Positions 27,851-37,273 are shown, numbered from the stretch's first letter. The stretch: 64,000 bases of DNA from an uncultured bacterium (GCA_964581465.1 CAZOOP010000006.1:13766-77765), one strand, 5' to 3'. Made by a program: numbers and translations. Notes: generated from the sequence alone by a model not told the origin.

Positions 27851-28681
27851 GTGCCCCGCCGCTATCGGGAGCTCTATCTCTCGCCGCTCCAGGCCGCCCG
27901 GGGGGCGGCCGTCGAGCTGGAGACCCCGGCGGGTCGCGTGCTGGTCAACATCCCCAAGGGCGCCCGCAGCGGCCTGGTGATCCGCCTGCGTCGCGCCGGT
28001 CGGAAGCGGCTCTTCGGCGGTCGGCGACACCTCTATCTGCGGCTCTGGGTGCTCAACAGCCTGCTCGAGCCGGAACCTTTACGCAATGTCGACCCGCGAA
28101 CCCGCGACGACGTCGACTTCGTTCTGAGCTTCGTCCGCCGGGGACTGCCCGATTCGGTCTTCACCCACCCTCTGGACGTGCGGCGACTCTACGACGCCTT
28201 TCTGGACACCGGCGACCCCAACATCATCCAACGGGCCTTGGCGGCGACCGTCGGCGAGGAGCCCGTGCCCGTCGAGTTCTCGGAGTGGCTCGAGCTGCCC
28301 GGCCTTCTGCGGACGACCCACACCACCCCGCGGCTGGGCGTCCCCGAGCATCCCGTGCCCCGGCGCATCTTCATCGCCGCGCCCCTGGCCGATGATCCCC
28401 TGGCCGTTGGAGCGGTCGTCGCCCACGAGAGCGCCCACGCCTTCCTCTTCCGCCGCGGCTACTACGACGCCCTCAACCCGCGGCCGCCCGAGCCCGAGGG
28501 GCCGCGACGCCTCGATCGTCGCGACGAGGAGCTGACGGACCTGAGCGTCTTCGCCCTGGGCTGGGGCGACCTGACGCTCAACGCCCTGCGCTACACCGAT
28601 CAGGGTTGGTGGGCCCTGGGCTACCTGAACGCCGCGACGATCCGCCTGGCCGCACGACGCGCCCGGGATTTGATCGACTGA
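27851..28681 (+). CDS. hypothetical protein with HExxH motif
   Basis: GTG start. The N-terminal segment resembles a DnaJ C-terminal beta-domain (VNIPKGARSGLVIRLRRAG...HLYLRLWV). HESAH is at VVAHESAHAFL. Confidence 0.5.
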   Translation: MPRRYRELYLSPLQAARGAAVELETPAGRVLVNIPKGARSGLVIRLRRAGRKRLFGGRRHLYLRLWVLNSLLEPEPLRNVDPRTRDDVDFVLSFVRRGLPDSVFTHPLDVRRLYDAFLDTGDPNIIQRALAATVGEEPVPVEFSEWLELPGLLRTTHTTPRLGVPEHPVPRRIFIAAPLADDPLAVGAVVAHESAHAFLFRRGYYDALNPRPPEPEGPRRLDRRDEELTDLSVFALGWGDLTLNALRYTDQGWWALGYLNAATIRLAARRARDLID

Positions 28682-29084
28682 CAACCAGAACCCGTCGGAC
28701 GTTGACAGAGTGGGTCTGATCGGCTTTCCTCTGCCAGACAGCCATAGCGTACCGGCGCGCGTCTGTTTTCAAGACCATCAGTAACCGACGGACGGGAACG
28801 TGGCCAACGGTTCCATAAGAGCGTTGAGTAGATGCTGATTGCCATCTCCCCCCAGCAGCTACTGACGATGCTGTTCAGCTCGCCCCTAGACTGCCATCAA
28901 GCGAATGTGACGCCCTCCGCCTTTCGCCCGGATACCCGGCCGCCGAACGGTTAACGCGAGGAGCTTGATCGGTACGGCGGCGGATAGCTCCAGCACCGCG
29001 CGACACCCTTCGAACCAGTCAGCCCCAGTCGGCTGCTTCGGTGACCACCAAGATCACAGAACAATCCGCCAAAGGTCTCGACCA

Positions 29085-30203
29085 GTGAAACGATCCACCA
29101 GTATCCTCGCCCTGCTCGCCGCGCTTTGCCTAACGTCGACCGCCGCGCCGACCTACGGGATGAACGAGGCCCTCGACGCCCGGGAGTACGTCTTCGGATG
29201 CGCCGTCGGCGCCGTCCCCGGGCTGCCCGGCTTCCTCCCCGGCGCCGGGGCCTTGACCGCCGTCTACGACGATAGCAGCCGTCTCGGCGCGGCGCTGTGG
29301 CTGCCCGAACTCGCCGCCGGAACCGTTGAGATGAACCACGAGCAACTGAGCTACGTCGCCCCGGTTTCCGACAGCCTGCGCCTGGGCACCCTGGCCGTCG
29401 AGCTGCGCCGCACCGACACGGGCTCCCCGGACTTCTTCCGCGAGGTCGGCTTCTCCCTGGGGCTGGGCTGGTCGGTGGGTCTGGGGACCCGGGTGATACT
29501 ACCCGAGGGACAGGCCGCCAGTGCCGAGGACCTCATCCAGCGAGCCCTGGATGATGATGAAGCGGGGGACGACGACGGCGAGATCGAGGAGTACATCGAC
29601 GACGACGCACCGGGCGGGGATGACCCTGATGATATCGAGGAGTACGAGGAGAACCCGGAGGAGTGGATCTCCCAACCCCCCGAGTACCGCCCGAGCTACT
29701 ACCTGGGCCTGGACCTGCGTTACTTCAGCGTCGAACGCTTGTACGAAGCCGCAGACATCACCGATACGGGCGACCAGGGCTTCGGCATCGACCTCTCCGT
29801 GGCCGTGCCCCTGATCTGGCGGCGCCTCTACCTGAGCTTCGGCCTGACCGACTTCATCCAGCCCAACATCGAGCTCGACGGCGTGCGCGAGCTGGCCCCC
29901 CGGGAGCTGACCGGCGCCCTGGGATTCACCTACGACGACTTGATCCTGGCCGCCGGAGCGCGGACGGATTTCGACGGTAACGTCGTCTTCTGCGGGGCCG
30001 CCGAAGCGCTGCTCTTCGACACCCTGACCCTGCGGGCCTCCTACCAGGGCAGCGCTCCCTATCAAGGCGCCTACTCCCATGAGCTGCGCGCCGGGCTGGG
30101 CCTACGGCTGGGGAGCTTCGAGTTCGATACGGCCGTCGGTCTGCCGCTGGACGACGAAGGCGGCCTGGATTCGCTCAGTATCTCCCTCGGTTTGGTGCTG
30201 TAG
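29085..30203 (+). CDS. secreted/outer-membrane beta-rich protein with acidic insert
   Basis: A GTG start gives VKRSTSILALLAALCL, a signal peptide. The centre holds a D/E-rich stretch and the C-terminal part has alternating beta-strand-like patterns. The ORF-track start at 28965 (TTG) is less likely. Confidence 0.5.
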   Translation: MKRSTSILALLAALCLTSTAAPTYGMNEALDAREYVFGCAVGAVPGLPGFLPGAGALTAVYDDSSRLGAALWLPELAAGTVEMNHEQLSYVAPVSDSLRLGTLAVELRRTDTGSPDFFREVGFSLGLGWSVGLGTRVILPEGQAASAEDLIQRALDDDEAGDDDGEIEEYIDDDAPGGDDPDDIEEYEENPEEWISQPPEYRPSYYLGLDLRYFSVERLYEAADITDTGDQGFGIDLSVAVPLIWRRLYLSFGLTDFIQPNIELDGVRELAPRELTGALGFTYDDLILAAGARTDFDGNVVFCGAAEALLFDTLTLRASYQGSAPYQGAYSHELRAGLGLRLGSFEFDTAVGLPLDDEGGLDSLSISLGLVL

Positions 30204-30269
30204 CCGATACGCGGCGGGCTCGGAGTAATCGTCCCGCACACCCGCCTCACAGTTGAGTTAGCATTCTGG

Positions 30270-30303
30270 AAAAAAGGCCGGGTCGAAGGACCCGGCCCTT
30301 TGT
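30270..30303. terminator. bidirectional terminator between convergent genes
   Basis: AAAAAA-GGCCGGGTC-GAAG-GACCCGGCC-CTTTG. Confidence 0.7.
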
Positions 30304-30325
30304 CAGGCGAGTTGGGCGGCGAGAG

Positions 30326-31021
30326 CTACAGCAGCTCTTCGATCAGCGCCCGGAACTCTTCCTTCTCCCGGCTGCCGACGATGATCTGCTGGACGTTGCC
30401 GTCGGGATCGACCACCCAAGTGGTCGGCACGGCGTCGGCCTGGTAGTAGACCATCGCGTCTTCGGCGAGCTGGGTGTAGAGCACCACCGGGTAATCGATC
30501 TCCTGTTCTTCGATGAACGGCGCCAGGTCCTCCAGCGAGGCGAAGTCGTCCACGCTGACGCCGATGACGAGGAAGTCGTCCTCCAGCTCGTCCATCAGCT
30601 CCAGGAAGGCCGGGATCTCGGCACGGCAGGGCGGGCACCAGGTGGCGAAGACGTTGATGAAGACGACCTTGTCCTCTCCGAGCAGCTCTTCGAGCTCGAG
30701 CTCGCCGCCGCTGAAGGCCTCGGCGGTGAACAGGGCGGGCGGAACACCGTAGAAGTCGGCCATCCGGGTGTCCATGAAGGCGTTGTAGCGCTCCTCGACA
30801 TCGAGGAAGATCGCCTCGACGCGCTCATCGCTCAGATTGTCCAGGTACTCGCTGAGCTCGGCGTCGCTGGTGCCATAGGACTCATAGATCTCTTCCTCGG
30901 TCAGGCCGGTGTAGGCGACGGTGTAGAACTCAGTGATGATCTCGGCCACCAGCTCGTCGGTCAGGGCCAACGAGGCGGCGGCGGAGAGGAGAAGCAGGGT
31001 GATGGTCAGCGTTTTACGCAT
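30326..31021 (-). CDS. TlpA/ResA-like thiol-disulfide oxidoreductase (thioredoxin fold)
   Basis: Signal peptide plus the redox motif FATWCPPCRAEIP. Confidence 0.8.
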   Translation of the reverse strand: MRKTLTITLLLLSAAASLALTDELVAEIITEFYTVAYTGLTEEEIYESYGTSDAELSEYLDNLSDERVEAIFLDVEERYNAFMDTRMADFYGVPPALFTAEAFSGGELELEELLGEDKVVFINVFATWCPPCRAEIPAFLELMDELEDDFLVIGVSVDDFASLEDLAPFIEEQEIDYPVVLYTQLAEDAMVYYQADAVPTTWVVDPDGNVQQIIVGSREKEEFRALIEELL

Positions 31022-31294
31022 GGTTGCTCCCGGGTGGGGTAAGGTTGAACGGTTGTAGACCGTTTATATATTAGCATAAAGTGATGCTCTCTTGCTACGT
31101 GGCAGCTCGCGACTGTGTTCCCAGGTCGCCGGGGTGATCGACCGAGTGATCACGTCGATGTGTTAGCCTAGTGTAGCAGCTCCTCGCCGGCATTCCCAAT
31201 CTCGTTGAGCGGTTTGTCGGCGAGGTATCACCGAACGGCTTCGTTTGAGCCCGGTTACTCTCTTGATATAGAGCGGTTTTCCGCTTACGACACA

Positions 31295-31646
31295 GGATAA
31301 GCTGTAGAAACAAGACCAAGCAATCACAACTCGGGAAAGCCGCCTCGAGAAGGAGGCTTGGTAACTACCCGCAGCGAGGCGTCATCCAGGGAAGGCGGAT
31401 AGCGGTCGAAACTGCTAAAGCGAGCAATAGAACGTCGTCAGCAGGTCCTTCTCTCACGGCGTGGTCGACTTCCGAAGGGAACCAACAGCCTCCGGCTTCC
31501 GGCGGCGCAAAGCAGTTCCAAGTGGATCGCCACCCGCACCGGCAAGACAATGCAGCGGTATGAAAATGGCGGCGATTAGGAGCCATAAAGCAACCAATGA
31601 CAGTCATTCAGCTGGATATGCCGGTTCCGGAGCGAGTGGTAATTCC
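31295..31646 (+). mobile_element. R-type element copy R4 (divergent ends)
   Basis: Alignable throughout with R1-R3 and R5. It shares the subtype-specific segment GCAAGAC..TGCAGCGGTATGA with R5. Confidence 0.8.
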
Positions 31647-31655
31647 TTTCTTTAA

Positions 31656-31980
31656 GGCATCGTGGAACGTGTTCGGACCAAATCAGGCTGATTGGGATCA
31701 ACCCGCCGGGCCGTTATTGACTCCCTGAAACACGCCTTCTAGCAGCAAGCGTTCATATGGCATGCCCTTATTGCTTGATTTTATGACACTTAGGCTTCTG
31801 TGGCAATCTGTCGCCAGGGCAGATACAGAACCGCTGATATCTGGGATCGCCAGGGATCGCCAAAAATCAGGCCCGTATTCGCCTACACTATTCAACGGCC
31901 CGTTCCGTGACGGGTAGCCCAGCATCTCTATTATCAAAAGGATACAATCACAGTCAGGTCCGGATAGGGTATACGATCCC
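31656..31980 (+). mobile_element. X-type MITE with 8-bp target duplication
   Basis: GGCATCGTGGAACGTGTTCGGACC...GGTCCGGATAGGGTATACGATCCC is flanked by TTCTTTAA / TTCTTTAT. Confidence 0.85.
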
Positions 31981-32300
31981 TTCTTTATATACCGGTGCAT
32001 TTCTAATAGTTGATGACGGTCCAGCGAACCGCCCGCCAATCAGCCTGAGTTGATCCCGATACGTTTAAAACGCCAATACTTAACCAGGCGGGCTTTAGCT
32101 ACCCAGTAACGCATTATTAGCCGGACTTCTGGTTTCCAACCGGTTACGGCGCCCCTGCCGCATAACAGGCGGAACGACTCATTGATTGCTTCGAACAGCA
32201 AGCCTGGAGCGATAGCAACGGTCGGGTCCCGGGCGATCCCGGACCCGACCGTTCCACATAGTCCGCGCGGCCAGGGGACCGCTCATCCGTCGATGCCGGG

Positions 32301-33491
32301 TTAACCGGCCTCGGCGGCCAGCTCGACGGCGCGCTGGGCGACTTTCTCGATGGGCGTCTCGATGCCGAAGAAATCGATCTTCTCGAAGAGCTCCGGGTGG
32401 GCGGCCTTCTCCTCTTCGAAGATACGCACGCCCTCGCGCCACATGTTGCCGGTGAAGCGCAGGGCCATCGGCTTGCTCAGGCCGTGCTCCTTCAAGAAGA
32501 TAACAACGCCCTTGGCGAAGTCGTCGCAGCGCGAGACACCGCCGAAGCGGGCGCCGAAGATGGCCTTGACCTTGGGGTTCTCATCGAGCAGGCCTAGCAT
32601 CTTGGCCAAGCGCTCCGGGGTCGGCCCGCCGCCGGAGTCCATGAAGTTGGCCGGCCGCCCGCCGAAGTGATGGATGAAGTCGTTGCCCATGATGCCGAAG
32701 CCGGCGCCGCCTGGGAACATGCCGATGTCGCCCTCGAGGTCCAGGTAGGGGATGCCCTCGGCGCGAGCCTGCCTCTCCCGCTCGGTCAGCTCGCCCTCCT
32801 CGTGACGCCCGGCCGGGGCCAAAGCCTGGAGCTTCTTCTGGCGGTAGAGGGCGTCGTCGTCGACGTTGATCCGGGCGTCGGCGGCGACCATCTCGCCATC
32901 GCCGGTGACGACCAGCGGGTTGATTTCGGCCATCTTGAGGTCCCGCTCGCGGAATACCCGCACCAGGGCCGCCGCCACGGCGGCGAAGCGCTGCAGGGCC
33001 TTGCCCTCCAGGCCGATCTTTTTGGCCAGCGCCACCCCGCGGTGAGGGAACAGCTCCTCATCGATACCCAGATGCTCGCGGACGACGGCGGCGGGGTCCT
33101 CCTCGGCGGTCTGCTCGATGTTGACGCCGCCCTTGGACGAAGCGATCAGCACCAGCTTGTAGGCCGACCGATCGATGGTCACCCCCAGGTAGAGCTCGCG
33201 GTCGATCTCAAGGGCGCTTTCGACCAGCAGCTTGCGCACCGGGTAGCCCTTGATGGTCAGGCCGAGGATGCGCTCGCCCTCGGCGACGAGGCTGTCGGCG
33301 TCCTTGACGACGCTGACGCCGCCGGCCTTGCCGCGACCGCCGGTGAGCACCTGGGCCTTGACCGCCACCGGGTACTCGACCTCGCCGGCGGTCCGCCGCA
33401 GCTCCTCGACGCCGTCGGCGACCACGCCGTGGGGAACCTCGATACCGGCTTCGCGGTAGATATCCTTGGACTCGTACTCGTAGAGGCGCAT
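32301..33491 (-). CDS. sucC: succinate--CoA ligase (ADP-forming) beta subunit-like ATP-grasp protein
   Basis: MRLYEYESKDIYREAGI...AVKAQVLTGGRGKAGGV...GGRPANFMDSGGG. The start is at the internal ATG at 33491. Confidence 0.85.
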   Translation of the reverse strand: MRLYEYESKDIYREAGIEVPHGVVADGVEELRRTAGEVEYPVAVKAQVLTGGRGKAGGVSVVKDADSLVAEGERILGLTIKGYPVRKLLVESALEIDRELYLGVTIDRSAYKLVLIASSKGGVNIEQTAEEDPAAVVREHLGIDEELFPHRGVALAKKIGLEGKALQRFAAVAAALVRVFRERDLKMAEINPLVVTGDGEMVAADARINVDDDALYRQKKLQALAPAGRHEEGELTERERQARAEGIPYLDLEGDIGMFPGGAGFGIMGNDFIHHFGGRPANFMDSGGGPTPERLAKMLGLLDENPKVKAIFGARFGGVSRCDDFAKGVVIFLKEHGLSKPMALRFTGNMWREGVRIFEEEKAAHPELFEKIDFFGIETPIEKVAQRAVELAAEAG

Positions 33492-33540
33492 CGCCACCTC
33501 GCTGGGGCTGGCCCGCCCGGGGGCGGGTGGAGTGATCCGC

Positions 33541-33719
33541 GACCTTCGCCGTTCGTATCCGCGGGCAACCACGCCGCGGCCCGGCGTTGGCACGTTTCTT
33601 GCGGAGATCCGCCGGCGGCCTCGCCGAAGAGCCTCCCCGCTCCGCTGCAAGAAACGTGCCAACGCCTCCCCGCCGACTGGCGGATAAGACGCCGTGGGAG
33701 GGAGCCTCGGCGAAGGTCG
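33541..33719. promoter_or_regulatory. large palindrome containing a face-to-face pair of sigma54-type -24/-12 elements
   Basis: TGGCAC(33588-93)-GTTTC-TTGC(33599-602) on the plus strand. The same 15-mer lies on the minus strand at 33647-33661, pointing to sucC. Outer arms are GACCTTCGCCG (33541) and CGGCGAAGGTC (33709). Confidence 0.55.
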
Positions 33720-33999
33720 CACCGTGAAATCGAAGCTAATATTAACACAGGGCGCTCATGGGGCAAAACCCCGCCGCCGGATAGTCGTCCACGTCCCGGC
33801 CTGCTATACTTGGGTAATCGATTATAAGACGGCTGGAGCCGATTCCGGAACTACTATGAACGATTGCGCGTTGGATTTTTTCGCGATTTCGCCACGCGAA
33901 TTCGTCATCGGCATGGTTGCAGGCGGACGATCCGCTGGGGTTGAAGCGGATGGATAGTCCAGGCAGCACCGCGTCGTTGAAACCAGCAACCGGGAGGCT

Positions 34000-34935
34000 G
34001 TGGTGCGCCAAGTGCTGAGAACCAGTGTCCTGATCATCCTCGCGACGGCCCTGGCCGTCGGCGCCCTGGAGCTCTCCGTGGTCGACGCCGGATCCCGTCG
34101 GGCCGGCCTGGTCGAGGCCGTCGACAACCGGGGCGACGCCGCCGCTGCCGAGCGGGCGACCACGGCCCTCTTCGAGGCCTTCACCGATGGCAATCCGAGC
34201 CGCCTGGTCTGGAGTGGCGGTGTGGAGCCGGTTTGGGGGCCAACGGTCCCCGATGTTCCGCCGGCTTGGTTTGGCCCCTTCCTCGAGCGGGCATCCGAGT
34301 ACGGCGCCGCGGCGACGATCTTCCTCTTCCTGCAACCCGAGGACCGTTGGCGGCTCTACCTGGTGGGCGCTGACGGCGAGGTTTTCGAGGAGCGAACCCT
34401 GGTGGGCTCCTACGACGATGTGATGCCCCGCCTGACGGCCATCGCCGTCTCCGCCTTCCATGGGCGCTTTCCCATAGCCATTGAGGTCGGCGTCCGCCAC
34501 GGCCGTCTGCGGGTAACCTGCGATCAGCCTGGCTACAGCATCAGTGTCGACGGCAGCTCCGGCGGACTTGTTCCCAGCGAGGGGATCGAGTTCGTCCTGG
34601 CCCCGGGGCGCTATAGCCTGGTGCTTTACGACAGCGCCGCGGAACCGGTGCTGACGCGCAGCGTGGAGATTCTGCCCGACGAGACCACCTGGGCATCCTT
34701 CAACGTCGGGCCGAGTTACGAGGAGGACGACGATTACGACGGTCCCAACCTGATGGGCTGCCTTTTTGACGCGTTCTTCTCCGCCCTCTGCGGCTCCAAT
34801 GATAACGGCGGTGACGACGACGATGATGACGATGACGACGAGGTCTGGGGACCCGATCGCGACGACGATGATGACGACGATGATGACGACGACAAGGCCG
34901 ATTCGCCGGGATCGTCCATCTGGGGACCCGGATAG
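34000..34935 (+). CDS. membrane-anchored protein with PEGA-like domain and poly-Asp C-terminus
   Basis: GTG start, an N-terminal TM segment, LRVTCDQPGYSISVDG...APGRYSLVLYD, then runs of 8-10 Asp. Confidence 0.55.
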   Translation: MVRQVLRTSVLIILATALAVGALELSVVDAGSRRAGLVEAVDNRGDAAAAERATTALFEAFTDGNPSRLVWSGGVEPVWGPTVPDVPPAWFGPFLERASEYGAAATIFLFLQPEDRWRLYLVGADGEVFEERTLVGSYDDVMPRLTAIAVSAFHGRFPIAIEVGVRHGRLRVTCDQPGYSISVDGSSGGLVPSEGIEFVLAPGRYSLVLYDSAAEPVLTRSVEILPDETTWASFNVGPSYEEDDDYDGPNLMGCLFDAFFSALCGSNDNGGDDDDDDDDDEVWGPDRDDDDDDDDDDDKADSPGSSIWGPG

Positions 34936-34980
34936 ACTCCACTAGACCGACCGGATTGGGGTCGAAGACCACATCAACAA

Positions 34981-35017
34981 CGGGGGATCGGGGTGAAAAC
35001 CCCGCCCCCGTTTTATT
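34981..35017 (+). terminator. rho-independent terminator
   Basis: CGGGGGATCGGGG-TGAAAA-CCCCGCCCCCG followed by TTTTATT. Confidence 0.75.
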
Positions 35018-35085
35018 CAACGAACAGGCAATGCCTATCTTGTTGAAAAACCGAGCTTGAATGCTCACCCACCCGGATCGTCACC

Positions 35086-35101
35086 TGGCACACTTTTTGC
35101 A
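35086..35101 (+). promoter_or_regulatory. sigma54-type promoter
   Basis: TGGCAC-ACTTT-TTGCA matches TGGCAC-N5-TTGCW exactly. It lies 186 nt upstream of the ATG at 35287. Confidence 0.6.
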
Positions 35102-35286
35102 TGTAAATAGGGCGGACACCTGACGGAGTTTGACAAAACGGCAAAGAATCAACCGAGTGAACTTGTCGGTATTGAAGTTTGGGACTATCATTGTGGTTGA
35201 CTAGTCCGAGACAGCGATGCGATATTCCTTACCGATTGACGGTTGACCGCCGATTGATTGTATGGTCCAACGGAAGCGAGGTTGAG

Positions 35287-36771
35287 ATGCCCGGCAAGCC
35301 CATGACCTTGAAACGCGTCCTTGCGCTGACACTGCTGCTGGTATCGGCGGCGGCGGGCACCTGGAGTTCACCCGCGCTGGTCAACGACACGGCCCACGAC
35401 GACCTGCTCGAGGGTTATGGAACCACTCCAATTCTCCAGGGTCCCGACGGCGACCTGCACGTCGTCTACCACGCGGACCTGGTTCCCGGAGAGAGCACCA
35501 ACCGCGAGGTCTACTACGTGCGCCACGATGAGTCCTGGAGCGAACCGGAGCGGCTTTCTTTCGGTGAAGGCGTTTCCCATTGCCCGGCGATGAGCATCGA
35601 CGACGACGGCAATATCTACGTCTTCTGGTACGATACCCGCAACAGCGTCTACTACGACCTGTACTGGAACCGCTTCGACGCCGCCGCAGGTGAGTGGGTC
35701 GGTGAAGATGCGCTGTTGACAAGCACAACCCTGCACTACGTTCATCCAACTACCTTGGTCGACAATCAAAACACAGTGCATCTTCTCTGGAGTGAGGTCC
35801 AACCCGGTTTACATTATGAGATCTTTCACAACACCTACAAGAATGGATCCTGGGGTATAGCCGAGCAGATAACAGATGCTGGAACTGGTTGGAGGACTCA
35901 CATTCGTGCCCTACTAGATGACGACGGTGGTATCCATATAGCTTGGAGTGACATTGTAAACCCCCAATCCGATCCCTGGATGGTCTATTACCGTCACCTT
36001 TCGCCCACCGGCCAATGGGGCCAACCCGTGGAACTGGGCATCGGCCAGGCCGCTGATATCGAGATTGGCGAGGGGTACCTTTACCTGGCCTCCAACGCAC
36101 CCTACAGCCTGCCCAACGGCTTTTACCAGGTGTACTATTCGGTCAAAGACCTCGACGCCGCTGACGATGACTGGATACTAAAGATCAGGCCCGTTTATCC
36201 GGATGCCGACTACAAGAACACCAAACCGATTCTCGAGGCCGGTTACGACGGCGTGCGGCTGCTCTGGCGGCGTCATCTCAACGGCGATTACACCATCATG
36301 GAGGCCAAAATCGGCCCCCACGGATTCTCCAATCCCCGTGAACTCAGCCAGGACCCCGGTTACTACGGCGCCCCCAGAATGACGGTCGGCGATGACGACA
36401 CCTATCATCTCGTCTACAGCTATTCACCCGACGGGGCGGGCAATTACGACCTCTACTATATGAAGGACGAGAACCCAGTCGGTACCCGGCCACCTGAGCA
36501 GGGCGCCGCCACCCGGGCTCTGGAGGGTCTGTACCCCTCGCCCGTCAACGGCGTCGCCACTGTGGGACTCAATCTTCCCGCGAACGGCTCCGTCGAGTTG
36601 GCCGTTTACGATTTGGCCGGCCGCCGGGTGAGTACCGTTCATTCCGGCAGCCTCAGCGCCGGTCGCCATGAGCTGTCCCTGGACGCCGCCGGACTGACCA
36701 GCGGGGTCTACCTGCTCAACCTGCGCACCGACACAGGTAACGAGACGACGCGCTTCGTCGTCGAGCGCTGA
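35287..36771 (+). CDS. secreted repeat (beta-propeller-like) protein with T9SS-type C-terminal sorting domain
   Basis: Signal peptide and repeated DDDG.I(Y/H)..W units. The last ~80 aa (LYPSPVNG...VELAVYDLAGRRV...LTSGVYLLNL) fit the Por/T9SS CTD pattern. Confidence 0.7.
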   Translation: MPGKPMTLKRVLALTLLLVSAAAGTWSSPALVNDTAHDDLLEGYGTTPILQGPDGDLHVVYHADLVPGESTNREVYYVRHDESWSEPERLSFGEGVSHCPAMSIDDDGNIYVFWYDTRNSVYYDLYWNRFDAAAGEWVGEDALLTSTTLHYVHPTTLVDNQNTVHLLWSEVQPGLHYEIFHNTYKNGSWGIAEQITDAGTGWRTHIRALLDDDGGIHIAWSDIVNPQSDPWMVYYRHLSPTGQWGQPVELGIGQAADIEIGEGYLYLASNAPYSLPNGFYQVYYSVKDLDAADDDWILKIRPVYPDADYKNTKPILEAGYDGVRLLWRRHLNGDYTIMEAKIGPHGFSNPRELSQDPGYYGAPRMTVGDDDTYHLVYSYSPDGAGNYDLYYMKDENPVGTRPPEQGAATRALEGLYPSPVNGVATVGLNLPANGSVELAVYDLAGRRVSTVHSGSLSAGRHELSLDAAGLTSGVYLLNLRTDTGNETTRFVVER

Positions 36772-36800
36772 GCCTCCCGCCGAAATCAGGAGCTAGAGAA

Positions 36801-36835
36801 GGAAAGGCGCCGTAATGCGGCGTCTTTCCTTATTC
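36801..36835 (+). terminator. rho-independent terminator
   Basis: GGAAAGGCGCCG-TAAT-GCGGCGTCTTTCC followed by TTATTC. Confidence 0.65.
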
Positions 36836-36874
36836 GGATCATCAGATGAAACTGAACCGGTTTCAAAAACACAA

Positions 36875-37192
36875 GGCATCACACACGGTCCCGGACCAGC
36901 AAACTGCAACTCGAAACACCGACCCACCTCGAAAATGCTGCTGGTACGAGACTGTGCCGAATAGAGTTTGTCCCGCAACCCAAATCTCTTGGAGCTTTCT
37001 TGTTATAAGCGCATGTTAACAGGCTTCTTATGATCGAAACACCGTCGTCGAAGCCAATGGTGTCAACCAGTTGCTTTAATGCGCCGAGACGTTTTCGAGA
37101 AATCCTAAGAAGATGGAAACCCACTTGCCTGCTAAGTGTTTTAATTCAAGTGTAATCCAGTAATGCTGCGGTCCGTTGCATGAATATGATAA
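36875..37192 (+). mobile_element. E-type element (non-coding IS1595-like derivative)
   Basis: The left end is GGCATCACACACGGTCCCGGACC. The right end contains GCGGTCCGTTGCATGAATATGATAAC. Its first ~70 nt are homologous to the 5' part of the R elements. Confidence 0.6.
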
Positions 37193-37273
37193 CAAAACAA
37201 AGGGCGGCAATTAGAACAGAAGTGCTGACAACTAAAACACGAAAGGTTCTAGATCGATATGTCAAATGTTTTC

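Noticed and set aside
31951-31980. The string GTCAGGTCCGGA in the right end of an X element resembles the SRP (4.5S) RNA domain IV motif.
   Set aside because: Other X copies vary at exactly these positions. There is no flanking SRP helix. The string is part of the terminal inverted repeat (core CGGWCCG).
36879-37124. 81-aa minus-strand ORF inside the E-type element.
   Set aside because: It has no motif and no RBS. It is not conserved in the other E fragments (1880-1961 and about 13820-14453).
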